From the NCBI GenBank assembly GCA_965648935.1, contig CBFGIY010000038.1, forward strand, positions 1 through 22,014: DNA of 22,014 bases, in the 5' to 3' direction. The first letter of the stretch is position 1. Every line of letters begins with the position of its first letter. Source of the DNA: a candidate division WOR-3 bacterium. GTDB taxonomy: Bacteria > Hydrothermota > Tepidihabitantia > Tepidihabitantales > Tepidihabitantaceae. Below, in pieces: positions 1 through 9,138 of the stretch. The position numbers and the translations under genes were made by a program. The notes under the pieces are model-generated. The model ran no database searches and had not been told where the DNA came from. It was given only the letters and a program-made list of their open reading frames with translations.

Positions 1-1
1 G

Positions 2-2401
2 GGCCGTGCGTACCGCCTCGGCCAGGCTGGGGCCGGCGAGCGGGTTGAGCGAGAGTGCTGCGGCCACGGGCGTCGGGTCGTCCTTGGGCCGGGCGTCGTA
101 GACCCAGCAGTACCGGGCCGGAGTCGAACGCAGGGCGGTGAGCCGGACGCCGTTCATCACGTAGTGGCGGCCGCTGTAGATGTAGCGCAGGGTGCCGATG
201 TTGTCAAAAGGTCGGGCGAAGTCGTTTTGCACCGCCACGACCAGCGCAGGCAGAAAGCTGTCCAGAGTCGCCTCGCGGCGATGCAGGCGCGCATTGAGCT
301 CGCGCAGCGTGATCATAAGCGGCTCGCCCGGCTCGCGCCCGGCGGGCGGTCGGTCCTCGGGCCAGACCAGCGTGCGGTACCCGGGAAACGAGCGGGCCTG
401 AAGCGCGGCGAAGCCCCGCGCCGACTCCAGTTCGCGCAAGAGCGAGTCGGCGTACGCGCCGAGCGGCGGCAATCGGGTGATGCCGTCGTCGGCCAGCCAG
501 GCCGCGCGGTCCGGGAACCGGCTGGCCAGCAGCGGATTCAGGGCGCCGAGGTCGCGCGCGTACACGACCCGCCCCGAGAAGTCGGGCCGATTGAGGGCGA
601 ACACGCTGGCAAAGTCCGGCGTGAACACGAGCGCGTTTGAAAGTCCGGCTATGCGCACGCGGTCCGCTACCCGGGCCGTCACGCCGCTGAAGCGAGAGTA
701 CTCGCTGACCAGCCGCGGCAACGACGGCACCCAGCCGGCGACGAACGCGAGCGTGATGAGCGCGGCCAAGCCGGCGCGGATGCACGCGGTGCGCGCGCCG
801 GTCGCGCGGCGCAGGGCCGCGACCACGCGCGGCAGGGCCCTGGCCGACAGCAGCAGCAGGGCCGGCACCGCTTCGTAGACGAAGCGCGGGCCGTAGCAGT
901 AGCCGTGGAAGAAGTAGAAGAAATGAATGACGAGCAGGCCGGCCGGAATCGCGAACAGGATCCAGTCCCAGGCCCGGCGCGGGCCGATGACCAGTAGCGA
1001 GAGTGGCAGTATGAGGGCCGGGACCGGCCACTCGAACAGGTAGCGGTTGAGCCCGGCAAGGTTGGAGGTGATATGGACCAGGCCCTTGTAGGGCGTGTGG
1101 GTGATGCCGAGGGCGGCCGGGCCGAAGACAAACCCGTGGCCCGGGCCGTGCAGCACCGTGTAGCCGAAGCTCAGGGGCGCACCCGTGGTCAGCCAGTTCT
1201 GGACCAACAGCAGGAGCCCGAACACTGCGACGACGCCGGTGCCGGTCGCGGCGCGGGCCAACAGGCGCGGCTCCCGGCGCAGGCGCAGAAGCAGCCAGAC
1301 GGCCGCGGGCAGGGCGATGCCGAGCGCGGTCGCGGGCCGTGTCGCAACGACGATTCCCAGTGACAGGCCGCAGAGCAGGGCGTTGCCGATGCCGCGCCGC
1401 CCCAGCCGGCTGAAGAACAGCAGGAACAGCGTGCCCCAGCACATCGCCGTCGTGTGGTTCATGAACGAGCCGCTCATGAACCAGACAAAAGGCGACAGGC
1501 AGCAGAGCAGGGCGGCGACGCGCGCGACCCGCTCGGTGTAGACCTCGCGTCCGAGACCGTAGAGCGCCAGCGCCGCGACCGCGGCCTGCAGGGGATTGAC
1601 CAGCCAGGGCAGGCCGGCGAGCACGCCCAGCGCGAGCATCAGGGGATGGCCGTAAGGGTACTGCGAGTACCAGCGGCCGTCGCTGATGACGTGCTTGAAG
1701 TCGAAAAACGACGGCAGGGGGGGCGAATCGACAAACAGCCGGCCGAGCGTGAAGATGCGGGCCTGGAATAGCTGAGCCGCGGCATCGGTCACGTGGGGAA
1801 TGCCGCCCAACACGAGCAGCGAGACGGCCGACGCGACAGCCAGAGTGAACCCGGCGACGGCCAGCGCGAATGCGCGGGCAGGCAGGCAGAGCAGCCCCTG
1901 CCCCAGCCGGGCCAGCGCCGCCCCGGCGCGGCGCAGCAGCGGGAAGCTGCCCCACGCCAGCAGCCCGAACCCGAGCGTTCCGAACACGAGCGTGAGCGAC
2001 AGCCAGTAGTTGGGCTCGGCGTAGAGCCGCAAGTCCGGGTAGCCCCAGGGCAGCATCGAGTAACCGAGCACGCCGAGCGCGAGCGCCGCTGTCCAGCGCC
2101 GGCGCGCGAACAAGGCCCGGAGCGCCTGCCGCGCTGCCGGCGCAAGCAGGATGAGCGCGGCGAAGAATCCCACAAGCAGCAGCACCAACAGAATGTAGGG
2201 AAAAGTGAGACGAGCCGAACCCAGCCATTCCGGCAGTTTCAGTATGACCGTGCCGCGTTCGTACCCGACCGTGCTCAGGCGGCCCCGCTGCAGCCGCATC
2301 GCCGCGTAGAGCGCGAGGAAGACCAGGCCGAGCAGTGCCGAGCCGATGCGCAGCAGCGCCGCGCCCGGACGCGTGCCTTGTTGCCGGCGTTTCCTACGCA
2401 T
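2..2401 (-). CDS. Polytopic GT-C-fold glycosyltransferase (ArnT/PMT/GT39-like), runs off the left edge of the window
   Basis: Absent from the ORF track because it has no stop in the window. ATG at 2401 overlaps the stop of the upstream methyltransferase. Segments translated by hand in this frame (start, ~1740, ~850, left edge) are open and give MRRKRRQQGTRPGAALLRIGSALLGLVFLALY..., GGIPHVTDAAAQLFQARIFTLG (acidic loop-1 motif of GT-C enzymes), many hydrophobic helices and HFFYFFHGYCYGPRFVYEAVP. Confidence 0.8.
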   Translation of the reverse strand, partial: MRRKRRQQGTRPGAALLRIGSALLGLVFLALYAAMRLQRGRLSTVGYERGTVILKLPEWLGSARLTFPYILLVLLLVGFFAALILLAPAARQALRALFARRRWTAALALGVLGYSMLPWGYPDLRLYAEPNYWLSLTLVFGTLGFGLLAWGSFPLLRRAGAALARLGQGLLCLPARAFALAVAGFTLAVASAVSLLVLGGIPHVTDAAAQLFQARIFTLGRLFVDSPPLPSFFDFKHVISDGRWYSQYPYGHPLMLALGVLAGLPWLVNPLQAAVAALALYGLGREVYTERVARVAALLCCLSPFVWFMSGSFMNHTTAMCWGTLFLLFFSRLGRRGIGNALLCGLSLGIVVATRPATALGIALPAAVWLLLRLRREPRLLARAATGTGVVAVFGLLLLVQNWLTTGAPLSFGYTVLHGPGHGFVFGPAALGITHTPYKGLVHITSNLAGLNRYLFEWPVPALILPLSLLVIGPRRAWDWILFAIPAGLLVIHFFYFFHGYCYGPRFVYEAVPALLLLSARALPRVVAALRRATGARTACIRAGLAALITLAFVAGWVPSLPRLVSEYSRFSGVTARVADRVRIAGLSNALVFTPDFASVFALNRPDFSGRVVYARDLGALNPLLASRFPDRAAWLADDGITRLPPLGAYADSLLRELESARGFAALQARSFPGYRTLVWPEDRPPAGREPGEPLMITLRELNARLHRREATLDSFLPALVVAVQNDFARPFDNIGTLRYIYSGRHYVMNGVRLTALRSTPARYCWVYDARPKDDPTPVAAALSLNPLAGPSLAEAVRTA

Positions 2402-3008
2402 CGCCTTTCAGGGCAAGGTGCGCGATGAGCCAGGGGTACGAACCGGTCACGAGCAGCCGGCTGGCAAACGGCGCGAGCAGGCGCCAGAGGGACCGTCTGT
2501 TCCAGCGCTGGACGTGCTCGGGGTGATGGCCGAGCCGGCGCACGTACTTCAGCCGGGCAAGGTTGGTCAGCGACCACCACGGTTCGTTGGGCACTGAGAT
2601 GATGAGGTCGCGCCGCGCCACGCGGCAGAGCTCGGCCAGGGCGCGCTCGGGCTCGGCCAAGTGCTCAAGCACTTCGAGGCAGAGCACGAGGTCGAAGCGC
2701 GCATCGCCGTAGGGCAGGCGGTAGATGTCCTCGACCGTGAAGCGAAATGCCGGAAAGCGGCGGCTGATGAACGCGACGCAGTCAGGGTTGTTGTCGAACC
2801 CGGTGACGTCGGCGGGCAGGATACTGGCCAGACGCGCGATAGTCTCGCCCTCGCCGCAACCGGCGTCGAGCACGCTCCGGGGAGCGAGCGGTTCGACAAG
2901 CGCGGCGAGCCGGGAAAAGAACCGGGCATAGAGCATCTGCGCCAGCGGGTTGCGCGTCGAGTACTTCTCGCAATTGGAGGTCCGGATGCCCGGCAGGTCT
3001 TCAGGCAC
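2394..3008 (-). CDS. Class I SAM-dependent methyltransferase (Methyltransf_11-like)
   Basis: Motif I VLDAGCGEG, plus LPYGDARFDLVLCLEVLEHLAEP and IISVPN. Overlaps both neighbours by 8 bp. Confidence 0.9.
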   Translation of the reverse strand: MPEDLPGIRTSNCEKYSTRNPLAQMLYARFFSRLAALVEPLAPRSVLDAGCGEGETIARLASILPADVTGFDNNPDCVAFISRRFPAFRFTVEDIYRLPYGDARFDLVLCLEVLEHLAEPERALAELCRVARRDLIISVPNEPWWSLTNLARLKYVRRLGHHPEHVQRWNRRSLWRLLAPFASRLLVTGSYPWLIAHLALKGDA

Positions 3009-3936
3009 CGGGTTTGCCGTCCTCGATGATGGAGTAGCCGGCGCCGCGGCGTCCGGCCGCGACCATCTCGCCGACCAAGCCGGTGGCGATGAGCTGCAGC
3101 CCGACGAGGATGAGCATCACCCCGACTATCAGCGCGGCGAGATGTTCGCTGAACCGCGAGCCGCCGAGCTTGCGCACGAGCACGTAGGCCTCGAGCCCGA
3201 CACCGGCCAGCAGCGGCACCAGCCCGAGCGTGCCGAAGAAGTGCAGCGGCTTGCGGGCGTAGCGGGTGATGAAACCGACCGCGACCAGGTCGAGCAGACC
3301 GGTCCAGAACCGGGTCACGCCGTACTTGGAGTGGCCGAACCGGCGGCGGCGGTGGGCGACCGGCCGCTCGGTCACGCGGAACCCGGCGAAGTGGGCCAGC
3401 TCGGGGATGAAACGGTAATTGTCGCCGCGCAGTTCGAGCGCGGCCGCGACCGCGCGGCGCATCGCGCGGAAGCCGGAGTTGGAGTCGTGCAGGCGCAGGC
3501 CGAAGACCAGCCGCTTGACAAAGTTGAACACGCGCGAGGGCAGGGTCTTGGCCGGTTCGTTCTCGAGCCGGTGCTGTTTCCAGCCGACCGCGAGGTCAAA
3601 GCCCTCGTCCAGCGCGGCGAGCAGGTTGGGTATCTCGGCCGGGTCGTCCTGCAGGTCCGAATCGAGCGTGAGCACGACCTCGCCCGAGGCCGCGGCGAAG
3701 CCGGCCGAGTAGGCGGCCGACTTGCCGTAGTTGGCGCGGAAACGGATGAGCCGGGCGCGCGGGTCGGACCGGACGACTGCGGCCAGGCGTTCCGGGGTGG
3801 CGTCGGTCGAGCCGTCATCGACATAGATAACCTCGAAGTCGCCGCCCAGCCGCTCCATCACCGCCGCCAGCTCGCGGTGCAGCTCGGCAACCGAGTCCTG
3901 CTCGTCGCGGGCCGGTATGACGACGCTGTAGCGCAT
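3001..3936 (-). CDS. GT2 polyprenyl-phosphate glycosyltransferase (ArnC/GtrB/DPM1-like)
   Basis: YSVVIPARDE, VDDGSTD, NYGKSAA, DSDLQDDP and HDSNSGFRAMRR motifs, with two C-terminal transmembrane helices. Confidence 0.92.
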   Translation of the reverse strand: MRYSVVIPARDEQDSVAELHRELAAVMERLGGDFEVIYVDDGSTDATPERLAAVVRSDPRARLIRFRANYGKSAAYSAGFAAASGEVVLTLDSDLQDDPAEIPNLLAALDEGFDLAVGWKQHRLENEPAKTLPSRVFNFVKRLVFGLRLHDSNSGFRAMRRAVAAALELRGDNYRFIPELAHFAGFRVTERPVAHRRRRFGHSKYGVTRFWTGLLDLVAVGFITRYARKPLHFFGTLGLVPLLAGVGLEAYVLVRKLGGSRFSEHLAALIVGVMLILVGLQLIATGLVGEMVAAGRRGAGYSIIEDGKPGA

Positions 3937-3945
3937 GCCGGGTGC

Positions 3946-3974
3946 AGTCTAGATGCTGTGCCGGCCGGTGTCAA
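3946..3974 (-). promoter_or_regulatory. Putative sigma70 promoter for the GT2 gene (near-leaderless)
   Basis: Minus strand TTGACA(3974-3969)-17 nt-TAGACT(3951-3946), 9 nt upstream of ATG 3936, with no SD. The -35 overlaps the TGA stop of the upstream gene. Confidence 0.6.
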
Positions 3975-5545
3975 TCGGCCGTGCGGCGGTACACATCGAA
4001 CCGGCCGACGCGCACTTCGGGCTCGTAGTGCGCGGCGACATAGTCGCGCAGCGCGGGGAAGTCCATCAGCGTTTCGAAGGAGTCCTTGTCGTGGCCAGTG
4101 ACCCAGGGCGTGGCGTCGTCGTGTTCGACGACGAAGACGTCGGCGGGCCGGGCAACGAACTGGGCCACGAGCTCGTCGCGGAACCGGCCGGTCTGCCAGT
4201 TGACAATCAGCGGGAAGGTGTAGATGAACCGCGTCACGGCCGGCCGCCGGGCGAGGAAGTAGACCATCGGCTCATAGCCCCAGATGAAAACGGTCGTGCC
4301 CGGGTCGGTGGCCGCGCGCAGCCAGTCGGCCAGGGCGAGATTCGCGCGCAGCGAGAAATCGCGGCCCGAGTCGTGGCGCGGACTGCGCCAGTACTCCTCG
4401 AGCGCGGCGCGGGACCCGGCCGCCCGGACAAGGTCGCGCGCGCGCGCCGGCCAGCGGCTCACCAGCGCGGCCGCGGCCAGCCCGGCACAGAGCACTGCCG
4501 CACGGGCCCACCCGGGCGCGCGCAGCCGGTCAAGCAGCGCCGCAAGCGCGAAAGCCGCGAGCGCGGATGCGACCGGCAGCAGCGGCAGGTAGTGGTAGAC
4601 GAAGAACTTGCCCTGAGCATAGGTCGAGACAAAGGCCGTGACGAGCCAGGCCGCGAGCAGAAGCAGCGCGGTGCGGCGGGCGCGGTCCGCGAGCAGGCCG
4701 ACAACGAGGCCGGCGAGCCCGAGCGCGAGCGCGATGCCGGTCACGACAAGCGACGGCGTGCGCAGCAGCATCCGCACAAACATCGCCAGCGGCCCGGCCG
4801 CGCCCTCGGTGCGGACAAGCTTCGTGTAGGACGGCATCAGGCCGAACTGGCTCTCGATGAACGCGGGCAGAGCGCCGGCGAGAGCGAGCAGTGCGACGCA
4901 GGCGGCGATGACCGCGGCGAACCCTGCCCCGGCGAGGAGGGTCGCGCGCAGCAGCCGCCGCGGCTCGCGCCGGAACTCGACCAGCGCGACGAGGAACACC
5001 AGCGGCGCGAGCAGGGCCACGGTGTATTTCAGCAGGGCCGCGACGCCGACGAGAGCGCCGAATCCGAGCCAGGCCACGGCGCGCTTGCCTTTGAGCCCGG
5101 CCCAGGCGAGAACCAGGGCGAGCGCGAGCGGCAGGTTGAGCCAGCCGTCGGTCTGGGCCGTGTGCCAGTAGCCGAGCACGGCGTAGGCGACCGAGAGAAA
5201 GAGCCCGGCCCCGGCCGCGGGCCAGTCGCGCCCGAGCAGTCGCCGCAGCAGGAAGAACAGGGCCAGCGCCGTGGCCGCGAGCCACAGGAGGTCGAGGATG
5301 CGAATGGCGCTCATTGTCCGGCCGAACAGGACAAGCGCCAGCCCGTGGACCGCGGTCGTCAGCGGCGGCTTGACGTTGAACACGTCGCGGTAAAGTGTGC
5401 GCCCGGAGAGCACGGCGTCGGCGATGTGGGCGTGGATGCCCTGGTCCCGGCCGAACGGGTAGACCAGCGTCACCGACCCGGCCAGCAGGCTGCCGGCGAG
5501 CACCGCCGCGACCGCAAGGGCCGGGAACCGCCGGGGCGCGGTCAC
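3971..5545 (-). CDS. GT-C-fold glycosyltransferase (ArnT/GT39-like membrane protein)
   Basis: PFGRDQGIHAHIADAVLSGRTLYRDVFNVKPP loop motif, AQTDGW, LLKYT, KFFVYHYLPLLP, many TM helices and a soluble C-terminal domain. GTGA overlap with the upstream gene at 5542-5545. Confidence 0.85.
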   Translation of the reverse strand: MTAPRRFPALAVAAVLAGSLLAGSVTLVYPFGRDQGIHAHIADAVLSGRTLYRDVFNVKPPLTTAVHGLALVLFGRTMSAIRILDLLWLAATALALFFLLRRLLGRDWPAAGAGLFLSVAYAVLGYWHTAQTDGWLNLPLALALVLAWAGLKGKRAVAWLGFGALVGVAALLKYTVALLAPLVFLVALVEFRREPRRLLRATLLAGAGFAAVIAACVALLALAGALPAFIESQFGLMPSYTKLVRTEGAAGPLAMFVRMLLRTPSLVVTGIALALGLAGLVVGLLADRARRTALLLLAAWLVTAFVSTYAQGKFFVYHYLPLLPVASALAAFALAALLDRLRAPGWARAAVLCAGLAAAALVSRWPARARDLVRAAGSRAALEEYWRSPRHDSGRDFSLRANLALADWLRAATDPGTTVFIWGYEPMVYFLARRPAVTRFIYTFPLIVNWQTGRFRDELVAQFVARPADVFVVEHDDATPWVTGHDKDSFETLMDFPALRDYVAAHYEPEVRVGRFDVYRRTAD

Positions 5546-7143
5546 TCTCTCTCTCCGATAAGGTCGTCGCGCACGAACACGTCAACCGCTTCCGAGCCCC
5601 ACAGCGGCGCGGGCAGCGCGAACCGGCGCACCAGTGAGTAGTTCGCTTCGAACCACGGGTCGCGGTAGATACTGAGGCGCGCGAAGGTCGCCATCGACAC
5701 GACGATGGGCGGCGCGAGCGAGCGCACCAGCCCGGTCGGGATCACGCCGTCGCGGGGGCTGGCGCGCTCGGATGCGGGCGCGGGCAGCCAGGCCAGGGCT
5801 TCGGGGCTGACCAGGCCGCACGCGTCGATGACCGGGCCCTTGTAGTAGTAGCCGAGCGAGCCGACTTCGGGCGCGGCGATGGCCTGGCCGTCGGGCACGA
5901 CCTCGTTCAGCCACTCGGCCGCGGCGCGGTAGGCACCGATGCGCAGCCGCACCGGGTCGCGCGCCACGCCGACATCAAGCAATTGCCGGCGCTCTGCCGC
6001 GCGCGCGACCGGCCCGCGCAGGCCCCACAGTGCGCCGAGCAGCAACACCGCGGTGAGCGCGACCGCTTTCAGGCGCGGCACCAGCTCGCCCGACCGCGCG
6101 ATGCCGAGCCAGACCGCGGCCGAGAACAGCGCGAACAGCGGCGGGTAGTACCACGGGAACATCAGCGGGTTGGTCGCGAGGTAGAAAAGCAGTGTCAGCG
6201 CCAGCGCCGCGAGCGCGAGTGTCGTGCCTGCGGGCCGGCCGCGGCCGGACCGGGCGCGGGCCAGGCTGCCCCACGCGGCCAGACCGAACAAGGCGAGCGC
6301 GAAGACGGTCAGCAGGGTGAAAGGCAGGCGGGACGGCGCGCCGCCGACCGCGGGATTGCCCAGCGCGCGGAACTCCAGTTCGCGCAGCGCCCGGAAGAAG
6401 CCGTAGCCGAAAGGCAGCGGGTAGAGCGGCCGCGCCTTGGCGATGAGCGAGTGATAAACCGGGGTGCCGTAGTAAGCGAACCCGAACACGACCCAGGCCA
6501 GCCCGGGCAGAATCAGCCCGGCGAGGAATGCCGCCGCCCGGCGCCGCCCGGTCAGAAGCCACACCCCGGCGGCCAGCGCGATAGCGACCGCGCCTTCGGG
6601 CCGGGCGAGTATCGACAGCCCGGCGAGCAGGCCGGCCAGCGCGATGCGTCCTCTGGCGAGCGCCCACAGGCACCACAACAGCAGCGCCGCGAACAGAAAC
6701 GACTCCATCCCGCCGGTTGAAGCGCGCAGCATATCGTCGCGCAGCAGGAACAGCCCGGCGAGCGCGGCCGCGGGCGCGGTCCGCGACCCCAGAGTGCGGC
6801 GCAGGAACGCAAACAGGCCCAGACCGGCCGCGATGTAGAACAGGGCGTTCAGCCGTACCGCGAGGTCGGGCGTCGGCACGGCGCGAACGACCGCCCTGGC
6901 CGCGATGAGCGCCGCGAGGTACAGCGGAGTTGACACGCCGAACACGCGCTGGCCCGCGTTGTAGACGAGACCCTTGCCCGCGAGAAAATTGTCGACATAG
7001 CGGTAGATGATGAACGCGTCGTCCTCCGGGACGACCGGCGCGGCGAGATGCACCGCGGCCGAGTAGACCGCGCACAGCGCGAAGAAGACGAGCGCGGCGC
7101 GCTCGGTCCACGCCGCAGACGCCGCTCTCTCAGCGCGCATCAT
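5542..7143 (-). CDS. GT-C-fold membrane glycosyltransferase (AftB-like, DDAF motif)
   Basis: True start is probably ATG 7143 or 7140, not 7665, overlapping the methyltransferase stop. Motifs EDDAFIIYRYVDNFLAGKGLVYN..R.FGVSTPLY, GGMES, LARPEG and VIDACGLVS. Confidence 0.8.
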   Translation of the reverse strand: MMRAERAASAAWTERAALVFFALCAVYSAAVHLAAPVVPEDDAFIIYRYVDNFLAGKGLVYNAGQRVFGVSTPLYLAALIAARAVVRAVPTPDLAVRLNALFYIAAGLGLFAFLRRTLGSRTAPAAALAGLFLLRDDMLRASTGGMESFLFAALLLWCLWALARGRIALAGLLAGLSILARPEGAVAIALAAGVWLLTGRRRAAAFLAGLILPGLAWVVFGFAYYGTPVYHSLIAKARPLYPLPFGYGFFRALRELEFRALGNPAVGGAPSRLPFTLLTVFALALFGLAAWGSLARARSGRGRPAGTTLALAALALTLLFYLATNPLMFPWYYPPLFALFSAAVWLGIARSGELVPRLKAVALTAVLLLGALWGLRGPVARAAERRQLLDVGVARDPVRLRIGAYRAAAEWLNEVVPDGQAIAAPEVGSLGYYYKGPVIDACGLVSPEALAWLPAPASERASPRDGVIPTGLVRSLAPPIVVSMATFARLSIYRDPWFEANYSLVRRFALPAPLWGSEAVDVFVRDDLIGERE

Positions 7144-7747
7144 CGAGCGGCACGTGCGCGATCGTCCAGACCGCGGCGAAGCGCACGGTGACCTGCCGGC
7201 CGCAAGGCGCGAGCAGCCGGCGCAGGGCGGCCGGGGTGTAGTGCTGGACGTGCTCGGACGGGTCGTAGCTCCCCGGCGCGATGATGTTGCCGGCGCGATT
7301 GACCGTCTCGAACCACGGCTCGTGCGGCACCGACACGACGAGGTCGCGCCGGGCCACGCGCACCAGTTCGGCGAGCGCGCGGTCAGGCTCGGCGAGGTGT
7401 TCGAGGACCTCGGTGCAGAGCACGAGATCGAAGCTTGAGTCGGCCCACGGCAGCCGGTAGATGTCCTGCACCGATATGTCCAGCCCGGGCAGGCGGCGCC
7501 GGGCGCACTCGACCGCGGCCGGGTTGCGGTCGAACCCGGTGACCGACCGGGGCAGGATCGAGCGCAGCCGCACGATGGTCTCGCCCTCGCCGCACCCGGC
7601 GTCAAGCACGCTTGCGGGCGACAGCGGCGCGATGGCGTCGCCCAGCCGCCTGAAGAAACGGGCAATCGCCCACCGCACTATCGGGTTGGTGTTCTGGTAC
7701 TTGCGGGAGTTCGCGGTCGGCGGCATCGGGCCGCAGTCGGCACTCAT
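7130..7747 (-). CDS. Class I SAM-dependent methyltransferase, paralog of 2394-3008
   Basis: VLDAGCGEGET, LPWADSSFDLVLCTEVLEHLAEP, VVSVPHEPW. Start is 7747 or the downstream ATG of MPPTAN. Confidence 0.9.
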   Translation of the reverse strand: MSADCGPMPPTANSRKYQNTNPIVRWAIARFFRRLGDAIAPLSPASVLDAGCGEGETIVRLRSILPRSVTGFDRNPAAVECARRRLPGLDISVQDIYRLPWADSSFDLVLCTEVLEHLAEPDRALAELVRVARRDLVVSVPHEPWFETVNRAGNIIAPGSYDPSEHVQHYTPAALRRLLAPCGRQVTVRFAAVWTIAHVPLDDAR

Positions 7748-7754
7748 CGGCGGG

Positions 7755-7785
7755 ATTAGACTGCCGCAACCGCGCGCGATGTCAA
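7755..7785 (-). promoter_or_regulatory. Putative sigma70 promoter for the glycosylation operon
   Basis: Minus strand TTGACA (7785-7780) with TCTAAT (7760-7755, 19-nt spacer) or CAGTCT (16-nt spacer), just upstream of ATG 7747. Confidence 0.4.
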
Positions 7786-7798
7786 GCTGTCCTGCGGC

Positions 7799-7826
7799 TT
7801 GACCGCACGCGGCCGGCCGATAAGAT
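7799..7826 (+). promoter_or_regulatory. Putative sigma70 promoter, divergent from the glycosylation operon
   Basis: TTGACC(7799-7804)-16 nt-TAAGAT(7821-7826). In-frame GTG at 7837 lies 10 nt downstream. Confidence 0.5.
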
Positions 7827-9138
7827 GCTGTGCAACGTGGAAGGCACTGCCGATTTCTCTGCGCGCACGCTCGACGCCGGTTTCGAGGCGGTCGACCGGC
7901 TTGAGGTCGAGCGCCTGCGCCGCATCATCGCGGCCAAGGAGCCGGGCTCGGCCCTGCTCGGGCTGACCGACGAGGACCTGCTCGTGCGGCTGGGCGGGCT
8001 CGCGGGCGAAGGCGAGCGCCGTCTCACCGTGGCCGGGCTGCTGGTCGCGGGCCGCGAGGAAGCGCTGCGCCGGTTTGTCCCCGGTCACGAAGCGGTGTAC
8101 CTGCGGATGCAGTCCGACACCGCCTACGACAAGCGGGTCGACTCGTCGCGGCCCCTGCTCGCGGTGCTCGAGCAGTTCACCCAGGCGGTCGAGCCGCACA
8201 ACCGCATCGTCACGCTCAAGTTCGGCCTGTTTCACTTCGAGATACCCGACTTTCCCGAGGAAGTGTACCGCGAGGCGCTCCTGAACGCGTTCACCCACCG
8301 CGACTACGAGCGCACCGCGCCGGTGTACCTGCGCCACTACAACGACCGACTTGAGATATCCTCGCCCGGCGGGTTCTCGGGCGACGTGCATCCGGGCAAC
8401 ATTCTCGGCCACGAGCCGGTCAGCCGCAACCGGCTGCTCGCCGAGATGCTGCAGAAAGTGCGCCTCGTCGAGCGCGCCGGGATGGGTGTCAAGCGGATGT
8501 ACCACATCCTGCTCTCCTACGGCAAGGAGCCGCCGTCCTACGAATCGGGCTCGGACTTTGTGCGCGTCACCCTGCGCTCGGGCCGCACGGTCGGGGCCAA
8601 CGGCCAGGAAACCCCGGCGATAGACGAGACCTTTGCCCGGTTCGTGGTCGATCGCCAGCAGGAAGGCCGCGAGCTGACCCTCGCCGACCTGCTCATCCTC
8701 ACCTGGCTCAAACGCAACCGCGAAATCGACCTCGGCGAGACCGAGCGGCTGCTCCAGCGCAGCGAAAACGAGGCGCGCGAGGCGCTCAACTCGATGATGA
8801 CCCGCGAACTGCTCGAGCCTTTCGGCGAGAAGAAGGGCCGGGTCTACCGGCTGTCCAAGAGCGCGTACCAGAAACTGCGCAAGACCGTGACCTACTCGAT
8901 CTTCCGGCGCGCCGAGGCGGCCTTTGCCGAGAGCGCGATAATGGCCTACCTTGAAGAACTACCCGGCCCGGAAGACAAGCGGTTCGTAACCAACGAGATT
9001 GTCCGCACGCTGCTGCGCGTCAGCCCGTCCCAGTCCGGGTACCTGCTCGCGAGCCTCGTGAAGAAAGGCAAGCTCGTCCTGCGCGGCCACGGCCGGGCCG
9101 CCCGGTATTACATCGCCCGCCAGCTTTCGGTTTTCTAG
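7825..9138 (+). CDS. ATP-binding protein of the RecG C-terminal / HATPase_c_4 (GHKL-like) type with C-terminal winged-helix HTH region(s)
   Basis: FPEEVYREALLNAFTHRDY, DRLEISSPGG, SRNRLLAEML and VERAGMGV motifs, with C-terminal HTH-like LVKKGKLVLRGHGRAARY. The start may be GTG 7837. Confidence 0.85.
   Translation: MLCNVEGTADFSARTLDAGFEAVDRLEVERLRRIIAAKEPGSALLGLTDEDLLVRLGGLAGEGERRLTVAGLLVAGREEALRRFVPGHEAVYLRMQSDTAYDKRVDSSRPLLAVLEQFTQAVEPHNRIVTLKFGLFHFEIPDFPEEVYREALLNAFTHRDYERTAPVYLRHYNDRLEISSPGGFSGDVHPGNILGHEPVSRNRLLAEMLQKVRLVERAGMGVKRMYHILLSYGKEPPSYESGSDFVRVTLRSGRTVGANGQETPAIDETFARFVVDRQQEGRELTLADLLILTWLKRNREIDLGETERLLQRSENEAREALNSMMTRELLEPFGEKKGRVYRLSKSAYQKLRKTVTYSIFRRAEAAFAESAIMAYLEELPGPEDKRFVTNEIVRTLLRVSPSQSGYLLASLVKKGKLVLRGHGRAARYYIARQLSVF

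Noticed and set aside
204..2228. 674-aa minus-strand ORF in the track, and other long ORFs such as 3953-5641 (+), 16874-18256 (-) and 18142-19467 (-)
   Set aside because: These are Arg/Ala/Pro-rich shadow frames of real genes, caused by high GC. The true gene at 2-2401 is in a different minus frame.
7144..7665. N-terminal extension of the 707-aa ORF 5542-7665
   Set aside because: It overlaps the methyltransferase in another frame and is not protein-like. The coupled ATG at 7143/7140 is the better start.
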